64,000 nucleotides of DNA from Candidatus Poribacteria bacterium (GCA_965208325.1 OZ242326.1:2080001-2144000); one strand, 5' to 3'. Counted from the stretch's first letter, positions 39,843 through 50,631 are shown. Notes: a model not told the origin generated them from the letters alone. Translations and numbers: made by a program.

Positions 39843-40679
39843 ATGACACCAACATTTCTCGCTATTGGACACTTCTGTTATGATGTTTCACCGAGCGGTT
39901 ATGTGCTTGGAGGTTCGGCGGCATATTCGACGATTACAGCGCGAAATCTTGGTTGCCGCGCACGCGCCATTACTGCTGCCGGAAGTGATTTTGACCCACA
40001 GAATCCGACGTTAGACGGCATCGAAGTAATTTACCTAGAATCGTCAAACACGACCATCTTCGAGAACCGGTACGGCGCAGACGGCGGGCGGGAACAATTA
40101 ATCTTGTCTCTAGGCAGCAGATTAAAACCGCAGGTCATTGGGTCGGATTCTCGTAACGCAGAAATTGCTTATCTGTGCCCGATTGCTGATGAAGTTTACC
40201 CTGATTGTATTCACAGCCTCAATTCCGCCTTAATCGGTGTCACGCCGCAAGGTTGGATGCGGCAGTTGGACGGAGACTCGCAAGTTGTTCGGCCGAAGCG
40301 GTGGGATTCTTCTCCCGCTATTTTACCGTATGCCGATGTGCTAATTTTGAGTGAGGAGGATTTGATCGCCTATCCGGATGAGCTGGAGAAATATATTGAA
40401 TTGACAAGAATTGTGGTTTTAACCAAGGGCAGGTATGGCGCTACATTGTATGAAAACGGCCAAGCATTGGACTCCCAAGCCTATCCTGCGAATGAAGTTG
40501 ACCCTACGGGCGCCGGTGACGTTTTTGCAGCCGCGTTTTTAATCAAATATTTCGAAACTCGGATACCGCAGGAGGCTCTCAATTTTGCGCACTGCGCAGC
40601 GTCATTCGCGGTCGAAGGAAAATATACAACAAACATACCGACGTTGGAGGCAATCCAAAATCGCTTGAAACCAATTTAA
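39843..40679 (+). CDS. PfkB family carbohydrate kinase
   Basis: LGGSAAY, TPQGWMR, DPTGAGDVFAAAF. Confidence 0.9.
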   Translation: MTPTFLAIGHFCYDVSPSGYVLGGSAAYSTITARNLGCRARAITAAGSDFDPQNPTLDGIEVIYLESSNTTIFENRYGADGGREQLILSLGSRLKPQVIGSDSRNAEIAYLCPIADEVYPDCIHSLNSALIGVTPQGWMRQLDGDSQVVRPKRWDSSPAILPYADVLILSEEDLIAYPDELEKYIELTRIVVLTKGRYGATLYENGQALDSQAYPANEVDPTGAGDVFAAAFLIKYFETRIPQEALNFAHCAASFAVEGKYTTNIPTLEAIQNRLKPI

Positions 40680-40779
40680 GGCTGGTGCTTAAGAGTGCCA
40701 GCCGCGGCGATGTGAATTTTCTCTCAAATCGTCAGAACAGTGGACAGATTTGTACTTCCGATTCAACCCCACCGATGCG

Positions 40780-41754
40780 TCAGTTCACCTGCATAGCTCT
40801 TCGCCATTCAAAACAGCGCACCATCTGATCCGAATCGACCGGTTCCAATTGCGGCATTTCACTCCTGCATTGCTCGGTTGCAAATTCACACCGCGACGCA
40901 AAGCGGCAGCCATCAGGCATTTGCGTCGGTTCCGGAACACTACCTTGAATTGCGGTTAGGCGGTGAGCGTTTCCCGATAATTTAGGAACGGCATTCAGCA
41001 ACCCCTTGGTATAGGGGTGGTACGCACGTTCAAACAGCTTGTCGACCATCGCGCTTTCGACAACTTGCCCGGCGTACATGACTAATACTCGGTGCGCTGC
41101 CTCTGAAATTACACCGAGATTGTGCGTGATCAACAAGACCGCCATGCCCATATCGTCTTGAAGTTTGCCGATTAAATCAAGGATTTGTGCTTGAATTGTG
41201 ACATCGAGTGCAGTTGTGGGTTCGTCAGCAATGAGGAGGGAAGGGTAGCAGGAGATTGCCATTGCAATCATGACACGCTGCCGCATGCCGCCGCTCATCT
41301 GATGCGGATAATTGTGCACACTTTCTTTGGGAGTGGGAATGCCGACAGCAGCAAGGGATTCTATGCTCTGTTGCCAGGCTGTTTTTTTATCTAGCCCCTG
41401 ATGACGCCTAATTGCCTCAGCAATCTGATTGCCGACGGTAAATACGGGATTTAGCGAAACCATGGGTTCCTGGAAGACAATCGAAATCTCATTGCCGCGA
41501 ATATCGCGCATTTCGGATTCTCTTCGGGCGAGCAGGTTCTCACCGTTCCACCAAATCTCCCCTGCCACGATTTTTCCGGGCGGCGGCACAAGACGCAATA
41601 TCGAAAGTGCGGTCATACTTTTACCGCACCCTGATTCACCGACTATGCCAAGTGTCTCCCCTTTCGCAAGTGTGAAACTCACGTCATCGACAGCGGGAAC
41701 AATACCATCATCAGTATCAAAATAGGTTTTCAGGTTATTCACGCGAAGCAGCAT
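40780..41754 (-). CDS. Peptide/nickel ABC transporter ATP-binding subunit (OppD/DppD)
   Basis: GESGCGKS, MSGGMRQR, DEPTTALD, HPYT, GCRF..RC. Confidence 0.93.
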   Translation of the reverse strand: MLLRVNNLKTYFDTDDGIVPAVDDVSFTLAKGETLGIVGESGCGKSMTALSILRLVPPPGKIVAGEIWWNGENLLARRESEMRDIRGNEISIVFQEPMVSLNPVFTVGNQIAEAIRRHQGLDKKTAWQQSIESLAAVGIPTPKESVHNYPHQMSGGMRQRVMIAMAISCYPSLLIADEPTTALDVTIQAQILDLIGKLQDDMGMAVLLITHNLGVISEAAHRVLVMYAGQVVESAMVDKLFERAYHPYTKGLLNAVPKLSGNAHRLTAIQGSVPEPTQMPDGCRFASRCEFATEQCRSEMPQLEPVDSDQMVRCFEWRRAMQVN

Positions 41755-41827
41755 AACTGAATTTTAAGGCTGATGATGTGCACGGACAGCGGAATTAGCG
41801 CCTCTGCGCATCCTGACCTCCAGTTTT

Positions 41828-42634
41828 TCATGCCTGATACCGCCAATCACTACCTGCCATACAACCGCCATCAACGAAGATTACTTCTCCGGTAACGAAA
41901 TTAGAAACTTCAGACGCTAGGTAAATTGTCAGGCCGACGAGATCCTCCGGTTCTCCCCAGCGGTTGGCGGGTGTACGATTCAAAACCCACCGGTTTCGCG
42001 AATCTTCCCGCATCGGTTCGGTGAGCGCGGTTCGGATGAAACCGGGAGCGATGCCGTTGACCTGGATATTATGCCTAGCCCATTCCACTGCAAGCAGCTT
42101 CGTGATTTGCATCAATCCGCCTTTGGATGCGGCGTACGCCGTGATTGTCGGCAGTCCAATCGCGGAAGCTAACGACAGATTATTGATAATTTTTCCGGCG
42201 TTCTGCTGAATCATGACTTTCCCGCAAGCCTGTGTAAGAAAGAAAGTTCCTTTGAGGTTCACATCTGTAACCGTATCCCAGTCAGCTTCGGTGTATTCTT
42301 CAGCGGGACGGCGCACGTTAATGCCTGCATTGTTTACGAGAACGTCGATCCTACCGAATTGATCCATTGTTTGTTCAACTATTCGACCGATATCATCGAA
42401 ATTGCCGACATCAGCTTCAATCGGTATCACCTGACGGCCGCTCTCATTTGCGATGCGTTCAGCAATCGACTGAAGCGGCTCTAATCTCCTGCCGACAATT
42501 AGGAGATTCGAACCCGCCCCGGCGAGACCCTCCGCCATTGCTAGTCCGATTCCGCGGCTCGCGCCAGTAACAATGCTGACTTTATCGTCGAGCCGAAACT
42601 TGTCGATTGTTTTGATTGCGGATGTTTGCATCAT
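41828..42634 (-). CDS. SDR oxidoreductase (KduD/gluconate-5-dehydrogenase-like)
   Basis: TGASRGIG, NNAG, YAASKGG, RTPANRWGEPEDL. Confidence 0.85.
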   Translation of the reverse strand: MMQTSAIKTIDKFRLDDKVSIVTGASRGIGLAMAEGLAGAGSNLLIVGRRLEPLQSIAERIANESGRQVIPIEADVGNFDDIGRIVEQTMDQFGRIDVLVNNAGINVRRPAEEYTEADWDTVTDVNLKGTFFLTQACGKVMIQQNAGKIINNLSLASAIGLPTITAYAASKGGLMQITKLLAVEWARHNIQVNGIAPGFIRTALTEPMREDSRNRWVLNRTPANRWGEPEDLVGLTIYLASEVSNFVTGEVIFVDGGCMAGSDWRYQA

Positions 42635-42740
42635 TTGCCTACCTTGCAAATTAACGTCTTGTGCAATGACAGATTATATCACCCTATAGGGATGGGGGCA
42701 AACAAAATGGGCTGAAAACGCTTTACTCAGGTTCATCCGT

Positions 42741-42776
42741 GTGCTACAATAACACACCGTGCTACAATAACACACC
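42741..42776. repeat. Exact 18-bp tandem duplication in the purN promoter region
   Basis: GTGCTACAATAACACACC twice; each copy contains TGcTACAAT. Confidence 0.9.
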
Positions 42777-42858
42777 GTTGCTTTCGCCGTAAGAAACCTC
42801 ATATGAACAACAATCAACCCGATATTTCTGCTAGACCGGAAGGACGAAATTTGAACCC

Positions 42859-43467
42859 ATGAAAATCGCCGTCTTAGCCTCTGGCAGCGGCAGCAATCTA
42901 CAAGTATTGATTGATCAGCTGCACAGAGATACCACGTGTGATATTGAGATTTGCGTGGTGATTAGCGATAAACGAACAGCTTACGCGCTCACCCGTGCGA
43001 GGCAAGCGAACATCCCCATCCATGTTGTAAAGTTACGAGATTTCCCAAATCGCAACGCGTTCGATGCAGAGATTTCAAGAGGTATTGACGAGTACGAAGC
43101 AGAGTTGATTGTCTTAGCAGGTTTTATGAAGGTGCTTCAGCCGCAGTTTGTGCAAAAGTATCGTAACCGCATTGTCAATATCCATCCATCGCTGCTGCCA
43201 GCCTTCCCGGGGGCACATCCGTTACGCGATGCCCTGGCTTATGGCGTCAAAGTTAGCGGGGCGACCATCCATTTTGTAGATGAGGGACTCGATACCGGTC
43301 CTATCATCGCCCAAGTTTCGGTTCCTGTATACGACAGTGATAACGAGGAAAGCCTGCACGCACGAATTCAGATTGAAGAGTATAAAATTTACCCGCAAGT
43401 GGTGAAATTATGTGCGGAAGGCAAGCTCGAAATCTCCGGTCGAAAGGTCACGGTGAAAGAAACCTAG
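42859..43467 (+). CDS. purN: Phosphoribosylglycinamide formyltransferase
   Basis: ASGSGSNLQ, LAGFM, NIHPSLLP, HFVDEGLDTGPII. Confidence 0.96.
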   Translation: MKIAVLASGSGSNLQVLIDQLHRDTTCDIEICVVISDKRTAYALTRARQANIPIHVVKLRDFPNRNAFDAEISRGIDEYEAELIVLAGFMKVLQPQFVQKYRNRIVNIHPSLLPAFPGAHPLRDALAYGVKVSGATIHFVDEGLDTGPIIAQVSVPVYDSDNEESLHARIQIEEYKIYPQVVKLCAEGKLEISGRKVTVKET

Positions 43468-43468
43468 G

Positions 43469-44377
43469 ATGATAGCAGTTTCGACAATGTGGAATGCGAC
43501 AAGTCAATCCGACGGCGCGGCGATGATTGATGAACTTAAAGACCTCGGATTCGATGCTATCGAACTGAGCCGACACCTAACAATGGAGCAACTCGAACAG
43601 CTCAAACCGCATCTGAACCAGACGAAACCGTGTTCCATTCATAATTTTTGCCCTGTTCTCCCGAACCTCCCGCAAGCTGAAGCGGAAAATGATCCGGTTC
43701 AGTTATCAAGTCTGGACGTGAATGAGCGGCAGGAAGCACTGAGGTGGACCACCCAAACAATGGAACTGGCTGCCGATCTTGAGATTCCGATTGTTGTGCT
43801 TCATCTGGGAGAGGTGGACACCCATGATCGGTCTTACCTGATGAGGGATTTGTACGAATACGGGGAGCGGGAATATGAGGCATTTGGCCGCAAAGTTGAA
43901 GAGGCAACCGACTGGCGCAAACGCAAGCAAGCCAAACATCAGGACGCCGCGCTGTTCAGCCTCGACGCCTTAAATGAACTTGCGCTGCGGATGGACCTCC
44001 ATCTGGCAGTTGAGAACCGACCGCACTATTATCAAATCCCAAATTTTGATGAGATGGCGATGTTATTGGAGAAGTTCGAAGGAAGCAACATGCGGTATTG
44101 GCATGATGTCGGACATGCGGCGCTGCAAGAACGCGTTGGGCTCTGTTGGTCGCATCGTTGGCTGGAGGCGTACAAAGACCATCTCATCGGTGTCAACCTA
44201 CACGATCTCAAAGACCTCGAAACCCATTATCCCCCCGGCTTCGGGGATCTCGAATTCAATGAGATTATGGCGGAAATTCCATCGGATGTCCTCAAAGTGA
44301 TCGAAGTCCGGCACGGTCGAGCGGACGAACTCAAGGAAGCGAGGGAGTTGTGTCAATCGCTCGTGCAGGAAGGGTGA
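43469..44377 (+). CDS. Sugar-phosphate isomerase/epimerase (AP endonuclease 2 TIM barrel)
   Basis: SIHNFCP, VENR, WHDVGH, NLHD, H.PPG.G. Confidence 0.85.
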   Translation: MIAVSTMWNATSQSDGAAMIDELKDLGFDAIELSRHLTMEQLEQLKPHLNQTKPCSIHNFCPVLPNLPQAEAENDPVQLSSLDVNERQEALRWTTQTMELAADLEIPIVVLHLGEVDTHDRSYLMRDLYEYGEREYEAFGRKVEEATDWRKRKQAKHQDAALFSLDALNELALRMDLHLAVENRPHYYQIPNFDEMAMLLEKFEGSNMRYWHDVGHAALQERVGLCWSHRWLEAYKDHLIGVNLHDLKDLETHYPPGFGDLEFNEIMAEIPSDVLKVIEVRHGRADELKEARELCQSLVQEG

Positions 44378-44392
44378 GGCGTAGCACGTCCG

Positions 44393-45346
44393 CTAGAACC
44401 CCTGATTTCGATTAAATGTGCCCAACATGGGTTCCCCGTTTATCCACCGAGACAAATTTTCCAAGAATTGATCCCAAGTCCGTTCGAGCCGCACCGGGGA
44501 TGCGCCCGCGCAGTGCGGTGTGATAACGACGTTTTCCATTCCCCAGAGCGGGTTGTCCGGCGGCAGCGGTTCCTCGGGTACGACATCTAACCCGGCACCG
44601 GCAATCCAGCCTTCCTGTAACGCTTCAATTAACCCATGCATGTCCATAATCTGCCCGCGCGTGACGTTAATTAGATATGCCGTCCGTTTCATCTGCTGAA
44701 ATACTTCGCGGTTGAACAACCCTCTCGTCTGCTCTGTCAGCGGCAACCCAATCATCACGACATCGGATTCCCCGAGCAGCTTAGGCAGCTGATCGAGTCC
44801 CCAAATCTCCTCTATGAAGTCCGGCGCCGGGACATCAACAACGATGTCAATGGCGAGCACACCCATCCCGAAGGCGTGTGCACGCACCGCTGCCTCTCTC
44901 CCGGTACCGCCGAATCCGACGACGCCCATGACTTTCCCGTACAACTCCTGGCTTTCATACGGGTAGCCATCCCACTTACGGTGATGCGCGGCGGGCGCAA
45001 TGCCGCGGGTCAAGGCAAGCAACAGTCCAAAAGCGTGTTCCGCCAAAGGGATCCCGACGAAGCCTTTGCCCGAGGTGAGCACAACCTCGCTCTCGACGAA
45101 TTCAGGGAACAGAAACATGTCCACACCGGCGCTGTAGGTCTGCACCCATTTCAATTTTCGCGCCTTCAAGAATAACTCCCGATCGAAATTGGGAAAGAGA
45201 ATCTCGGCATCTTCAACTTCCTTGAGCGACTCCTCTCGCGAGGAGGTGAGCGTTACTTCTATCTTTTGCTCCGGATGTGAGCGCGCGAACTGCTGGAGGC
45301 GATCCACTAGGTCACGGTTCTGAACTCCTTCGACTAATATTTTCAT
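44393..45346 (-). CDS. D-2-hydroxyacid dehydrogenase
   Basis: SAGVD, VGFGGTG, INVTRG, LDV..EPLP, TPH. A minus-strand TTGAGC-17-TATAAT at 45380-45408 supports the start at 45346. Confidence 0.9.
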   Translation of the reverse strand: MKILVEGVQNRDLVDRLQQFARSHPEQKIEVTLTSSREESLKEVEDAEILFPNFDRELFLKARKLKWVQTYSAGVDMFLFPEFVESEVVLTSGKGFVGIPLAEHAFGLLLALTRGIAPAAHHRKWDGYPYESQELYGKVMGVVGFGGTGREAAVRAHAFGMGVLAIDIVVDVPAPDFIEEIWGLDQLPKLLGESDVVMIGLPLTEQTRGLFNREVFQQMKRTAYLINVTRGQIMDMHGLIEALQEGWIAGAGLDVVPEEPLPPDNPLWGMENVVITPHCAGASPVRLERTWDQFLENLSRWINGEPMLGTFNRNQGF

Positions 45347-45597
45347 CACGGTCTCCTTCACGGTTTTTGTCAACGCAGCATTATAACAGAGATATTGATA
45401 CGGCTCAACGGAAAACCGAAATGCTCTAAGATCGCCCTTGAATCTCAATAGCGAAGTTGCTATAATTTCACACATGGAAGACATCTTGGTGCCAGGCGTA
45501 AATCGCCACGGGAGCTACTGTCTTTAGGTATTTGCCGGCTTTAACAGAATGATTGAGGAACAGGTAACTTTGTAAATAATCGATGGATTGGTGCTCC

Positions 45598-46767
45598 ATG
45601 AGTAGCCGACGCTTACAAATAACATTGCAGCCTGAGGTGCTGCGCTGGGCGCGAGAACGAGCCAAACTTCAGCCCGAAGAACTTGCGCAAAAAATGGGCG
45701 TGAAACTGCCGGACCGAGTGTTGAAGTGGGAGCATGATGGGGCGATTAGCGTTGCGCAGGTGGACAGGCTTGCTAAATGCACTTATACGCCGTTGGGGTT
45801 TCTATATTTGGAGCGGCCGCCTGACGAGCGTCTGCCAATTACGGACTTCCGAACCCGAGAGGGTACCCCTCCGCCAAGCCCCGATCTGCTTGAGACCGTA
45901 TATCTGATGCAGCGGCGGCAAGCTTGGATGCGCGATGAACTCATTGAAGACGGCGCTGAACCGTTAGACTTTGTCGGGGCATATGGGTTGCATTCCCTAC
46001 CTCGGGACGTGTCGACTGCTATGCGCGCGGTTCTACAACTTACCGATGGGTGGACAAATACACAGAGCACATGGAGCGGTGCGCTCAGATTGCTCCTAGA
46101 CCGGCTTGATACCGCCGGCGTATTGGATTGCTTTAACGGTGTAGTAGGCAATAACACGCACCGAAAGCTGAATCCAAATGAATTTCAGGGTTTTGCCTTG
46201 GCGGATGAATATGCCCCGCTTGTCTTCGTTAATAGCGCCGATTTCAAAGCCGCGCAAATCTTTACCCTAGCTCATGAGTTTGCTCATCTCTTCATCGGAA
46301 AGAGCGGAGTCTCCAACTTCAGAATCCTTCAACCGGCGTCAAATATAACCGAAAGGTTCTGCAACGAAGCTGCGGCGGAGTTTCTAATACCGGAAGAAAA
46401 ATTTCATGAACTATGGCCTCATGTGGAGCGAGCGAACGATTGCTATCAGGCTATCGCAGGTAGATTCAAAGTGAGTTCCGTGGTAGCCGCACGCCGAGCG
46501 TTTGACCTCAACCTAATCGGCAGAGATGTATTCTTCAGGTTCTATCAGGAATACGATGATAAGGAAAAACGCAGCATTCGGGAGAGCGAAGTCGGTGGAG
46601 GGAATTTCTGGAGTATTCAAAGATGGCGAATAGGCCCCCGTTTTGCCGCTGCAATCGTGCGAGCGGTCAGGGAACGACGTATGCTCTATCGCGAGGCGTA
46701 CAACCTCACAGGGTTGAAAGGCGAAACCTTTGAAAACATGCCTGAGAAACTAGGGGTGTCGATTTGA
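45598..46767 (+). CDS. HTH-XRE plus ImmA/IrrE metallopeptidase
   Basis: N-terminal LRWARER HTH; FTLAHEFAH; ERFCNEAAAEFL. Confidence 0.9.
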   Translation: MSSRRLQITLQPEVLRWARERAKLQPEELAQKMGVKLPDRVLKWEHDGAISVAQVDRLAKCTYTPLGFLYLERPPDERLPITDFRTREGTPPPSPDLLETVYLMQRRQAWMRDELIEDGAEPLDFVGAYGLHSLPRDVSTAMRAVLQLTDGWTNTQSTWSGALRLLLDRLDTAGVLDCFNGVVGNNTHRKLNPNEFQGFALADEYAPLVFVNSADFKAAQIFTLAHEFAHLFIGKSGVSNFRILQPASNITERFCNEAAAEFLIPEEKFHELWPHVERANDCYQAIAGRFKVSSVVAARRAFDLNLIGRDVFFRFYQEYDDKEKRSIRESEVGGGNFWSIQRWRIGPRFAAAIVRAVRERRMLYREAYNLTGLKGETFENMPEKLGVSI

Positions 46768-47279
46768 TGCACACCCGTCGCCCCTTGTACGTGCTAGATT
46801 CGGATGTCTTAATTGGGGCACACCGCCGCCATTACGCACTGGACCTGTGACCGGGATTTTGGGATTGCTTGATACATTTTTGTGGAGAAAACCGGGTGCG
46901 GAGTATTGATCGGGTGCGAGACGAGCTAATTCTCAATTCAGATCGACTGTCTGAGTGGGCGAAGCAGGCACCGGACAATCTGTTTGTATCCACAGCAGAT
47001 GAATTGGTTATAGATACTTACATGGAAATGAATAAATGGGTAGCAGAAAATGGGCAATTCCAACCGCGAGCCAAAGCAGAATTTGCAAACGCTGCCGACG
47101 GATGGGTTGCAGCCTACGCTAGTGTCCACAAAGCAATCGTGATTACCCATGAAGTGTTCAGAGAGAATGTAAAAAGAAGGGTACCCCTCCCAAACGTTTG
47201 CCGACAATTTAACACTAATTATCAGGATACGTTCGAAATGTTGCGCAAGCTAGAGGTACGTTTTGACTGGATCCGTTAA
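46767..47279 (+). pseudogene. DUF4411 (PIN-like) protein interrupted by an in-frame TGA at 46848-46850
   Basis: ATG overlaps the upstream stop (TGATG). Reads MHTRRPLYVLDSDVLIGAHRRHYALDL*PGFWDCL and continues in frame into ORF 46869 (ADGWVAAYA..ITHE..LPNVC). Confidence 0.8.
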
Positions 47280-47334
47280 TTCCGTTAATAATGTGTGCCC
47301 CGTCAACTTATGGTGCTGATTGGCACTCTAAACT

Positions 47335-48096
47335 ATGGACATGCGCCTTGAAGCCGCCGAATACTACGATCTACAGCCCTTTCCAAATGACATGCCATTT
47401 TATGAAAACCTGATATCTTTCAACACGGTTGATGTGCTTGAACTAGGTTGTGGAACTGGGCGTGTCCTGTCGCGTCTCGCAAACCGGTGTAGGTATATTC
47501 ATGGAATCGACCTGTCTGAAGCCATGCTCTCAATTTGCCACCAAAAGCTACAGGAAACGGTAATTCCAAAGGAGAAGGCGTACGTTGAAGTCGGCGACAT
47601 TAAAGACTTTTGTCTCGGACGCACCTTCGATTTCATCATTGCTCCGTTCCGTGCGATCCAAAACCTTGAGACTGATGATCAGGTCAATGGACTCTTTCAC
47701 TGTATTGATAAACACCTAGCACCGAATGGGAACTGTATCTTAAATGCCTTTCACCCTTGGCCCCTTGAGAAATTACGCCATATCTTGACGACCAGAGAGG
47801 AAAAGTTTAATTGGGAGGCGACATCTGGTGAGGTTCGGATTACCTGTCATTATAGATTTCGCCACATTGATTTTGAGAAACAAGTGCTATATCCTGAATT
47901 AATATATCGGAACTACAAAGACAGTACGCTCGAATGCGAGACCATCTTCAAAATTATTATGAAGTTTTACTATCCTCAACAGTTTGAGGATTTGATTGTT
48001 AGGCACGGGTTCAAGATTCTCAATCGCTGGGGCGGATATGCCGATGAACCTTACGGAGGTGGATCTGAACTGGTAATTGAGTTTGGCTTTCGTTAG
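47335..48096 (+). CDS. Class I SAM-dependent methyltransferase
   Basis: VLELGCGTGR, GIDLSEAML. Confidence 0.9.
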   Translation: MDMRLEAAEYYDLQPFPNDMPFYENLISFNTVDVLELGCGTGRVLSRLANRCRYIHGIDLSEAMLSICHQKLQETVIPKEKAYVEVGDIKDFCLGRTFDFIIAPFRAIQNLETDDQVNGLFHCIDKHLAPNGNCILNAFHPWPLEKLRHILTTREEKFNWEATSGEVRITCHYRFRHIDFEKQVLYPELIYRNYKDSTLECETIFKIIMKFYYPQQFEDLIVRHGFKILNRWGGYADEPYGGGSELVIEFGFR

Positions 48097-48250
48097 GGTA
48101 CGACTCGGACGCTTTTGCCGCCGTTCCGTAGACCGATGTATGATATAATGTCCTGATCGGAAAACGGGCAGCGAATTGAACGAATTTAGAAATTGCGACA
48201 ACGGGTTTCTGGGGAGATTCCCACATGCAGCAAGCTTTATTGATGTTGAC

Positions 48251-50509
48251 ATGAATGTGTTCAGGAGAAAGAGTTTGAGATTTGGTTTGCGATTATGTGC
48301 GTTAGCGTTCGCTGCGCTGGTGTGTATACCCATCGCTCCCGCCGCCGATGAGGAAGATGATGATATCATTATGCTGGAAGAGATAATGGTGACTGCCCGC
48401 AAACGCGAGCAGCGGTCTTTTGAGGTGCCGCTTTCGGTTTCGACGCTGCGGGGCGAAAAAGCCGACACCTTGCGCTCATCCGGACTGGACATACGTTACT
48501 TGTCGAACCGCACACCCAGTTTGCAGATGGAATCCTCGTTTGGGCGCGTATTTCCGCGCTTTTATATCCGCGGTCTAGGAAATACGGACTTTGACCTCAA
48601 CGCGTCGCAGCCGGTTTCTGTCCTTTATGACGGCGTTGTACTTGAAAATGCGCTGTTGAAAGGCTTTCCTGCCTTTGATTTGGATCGGATTGAAGTGCTG
48701 CGGGGACCGCAGGGCACGTTGTTCGGACGCAACACCCCCGCTGGCGCTGTCAAGTTTGAATCGGCGCGCCCCACGCAGGAATTTGAGGGATACGGGCGGT
48801 TTAGTTACGGCCGGCATAGCACTAGTAATTTTGAGGCTGCGGTGTCCGGCGCACTCATCCCATCTGTGCTTTCCACGCGGATTTCACTGCTTGACCAACG
48901 GCGAGATGACTGGATAGATAACGTGCATACGGATGGAGACAACGCTCTAGGCGGGCATCGGGATTTCGCAGGCCGGATACAGTTATTATGGACTCCCACA
49001 CCGGAACTAAAAACGTGGGTCAAGTTTCACCTTCGCGATTTGGACGGCACGGCGCGACTGTTCCGCGCCAATACTTTGGCGCAGGGGCAAGGCGATCTCG
49101 TGGACGATTTCGCCCGCGACCGCATTTCACACGACGGCCGTAATGAGCAAACTCTGAATTCACAAGGTTTAGCAGCGGAAGTCCGCTACAACATGGGGAA
49201 CTTCCAACTGGTTTCACTGACAGGGCTGGAGCGGTTGACCATGTTTGCGCGCGGCGATATTGACGGCGGATACGGCGCCGTTTTCAGTCCGCCGAGCGGC
49301 CCCGGCGAGATTCCTTTTTCATCCGAAACAGCGTCCGGCATTCCCAAACTCCACCAGTTTAGCCAAGAGGTCCGCTTAGTGAGTATAGCACCGTACCGTC
49401 TCGCCTATCAGTTCGGGTTGTATTTTTTCCGCGAGTTTGTGGAGATGGAGGATTTCAACTACAATACCTTAGCAGGCGGAACCGATGATGGTAAGGTGCG
49501 GCAAGAGCAAGAAGTGACTGCGCGGGCGGCATTTGCGGCGATGACATACCAATGGAACAAGGATTTGGAATTGGGCGCCGGTTTGCGATTATCTAATGAT
49601 TCGAAGGACTATACCGCATGGCGAGACACTTCCCCAGCCGTTACGGAGGCAGGTCCCATAGGTCCTATCCACCGGAATCCGCAAGGCACGGTGTGGAGTG
49701 GAGATTTGAGTCTGCGCTACCGGGTCTCGCCCAGCGTGCAGACGTATTTGCGCACAGCACGCGGATTTCGTGCGCCGAGCATTCAGGGACGCCTATTGTT
49801 TGGCAATGAGGTCACGGTAGCGGATACGGAGACGATTCTCTCTTTTGAAGGCGGCACGAAATTACGCCTGTGGGAACAGCGGATGCACCTGAACATGGCT
49901 GCATTCCATTACTTTATGCAAGATCAGCAACTGACTGCAGTTGGCGGAGAGGCTAATTTCAACCGGTTGGTGAATGCTGGCAGCACAATCGGCCGGGGCG
50001 TTGAGGCGGAACTGACCCTTGCACCGATTACAGCGATTGAGGTTAAAGCGGGACTCAGCTACAACCATACACGAATTGATGATCCGCACTTAGCGGTACA
50101 GGGCTGCGGCGCTCCCTGCACTATGTTGGATCCGCCCGGTTCTGTCGACGGAACTTACTCCATAAACGGCAACAGTCTGCCGCAAGCACCGGGTTGGATT
50201 GCAGATGCGGCGCTGCGCTACGCCCTCGCACTTCCAGGCGGTGCGCACCTCATCGCGTCTACGGACTGGGCATACCGCAGCCGCGTACGGTTCTTTCTTT
50301 ACGAATCTGCCGAATTCGGCGACGATTGGCTCTTGGAAGGAGGTCTCCGCCTCGCTTGCCTATTGCCATTCGCCGATATGGAAGTTGCAATCGTGGGGCG
50401 CAACATCCTCAACGACACGTCTCCTACCGGCGGTATTGATTTTAACAATCTGACCAGCTACGTCAATGAAACCCGGTTTTGGGGAATGGAAGTCGTGCGG
50501 CGATTTTGA
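48251..50509 (+). CDS. TonB-dependent receptor
   Basis: LEEIMVTARKRE (TonB box), YIRGLG, RIEVLRGPQGTLFGRNTPAG; C-terminal Phe. Confidence 0.93.
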   Translation: MNVFRRKSLRFGLRLCALAFAALVCIPIAPAADEEDDDIIMLEEIMVTARKREQRSFEVPLSVSTLRGEKADTLRSSGLDIRYLSNRTPSLQMESSFGRVFPRFYIRGLGNTDFDLNASQPVSVLYDGVVLENALLKGFPAFDLDRIEVLRGPQGTLFGRNTPAGAVKFESARPTQEFEGYGRFSYGRHSTSNFEAAVSGALIPSVLSTRISLLDQRRDDWIDNVHTDGDNALGGHRDFAGRIQLLWTPTPELKTWVKFHLRDLDGTARLFRANTLAQGQGDLVDDFARDRISHDGRNEQTLNSQGLAAEVRYNMGNFQLVSLTGLERLTMFARGDIDGGYGAVFSPPSGPGEIPFSSETASGIPKLHQFSQEVRLVSIAPYRLAYQFGLYFFREFVEMEDFNYNTLAGGTDDGKVRQEQEVTARAAFAAMTYQWNKDLELGAGLRLSNDSKDYTAWRDTSPAVTEAGPIGPIHRNPQGTVWSGDLSLRYRVSPSVQTYLRTARGFRAPSIQGRLLFGNEVTVADTETILSFEGGTKLRLWEQRMHLNMAAFHYFMQDQQLTAVGGEANFNRLVNAGSTIGRGVEAELTLAPITAIEVKAGLSYNHTRIDDPHLAVQGCGAPCTMLDPPGSVDGTYSINGNSLPQAPGWIADAALRYALALPGGAHLIASTDWAYRSRVRFFLYESAEFGDDWLLEGGLRLACLLPFADMEVAIVGRNILNDTSPTGGIDFNNLTSYVNETRFWGMEVVRRF

Positions 50510-50631
50510 CCAAGGTACAGGCAATCCTTCAACACTGTGATTATTGGGCATGAAACTGAAAATATGACTGGCAAATCTCGTTATAGTCATTTCGGTTCAT
50601 GTTTATGCAAGGAGTGATCAACTGATTGATA

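Noticed and set aside
48097..48250. Cobalamin riboswitch upstream of the TonB receptor
   Set aside because: No recognisable B12-box elements, and the leader after the TATAAT is short.
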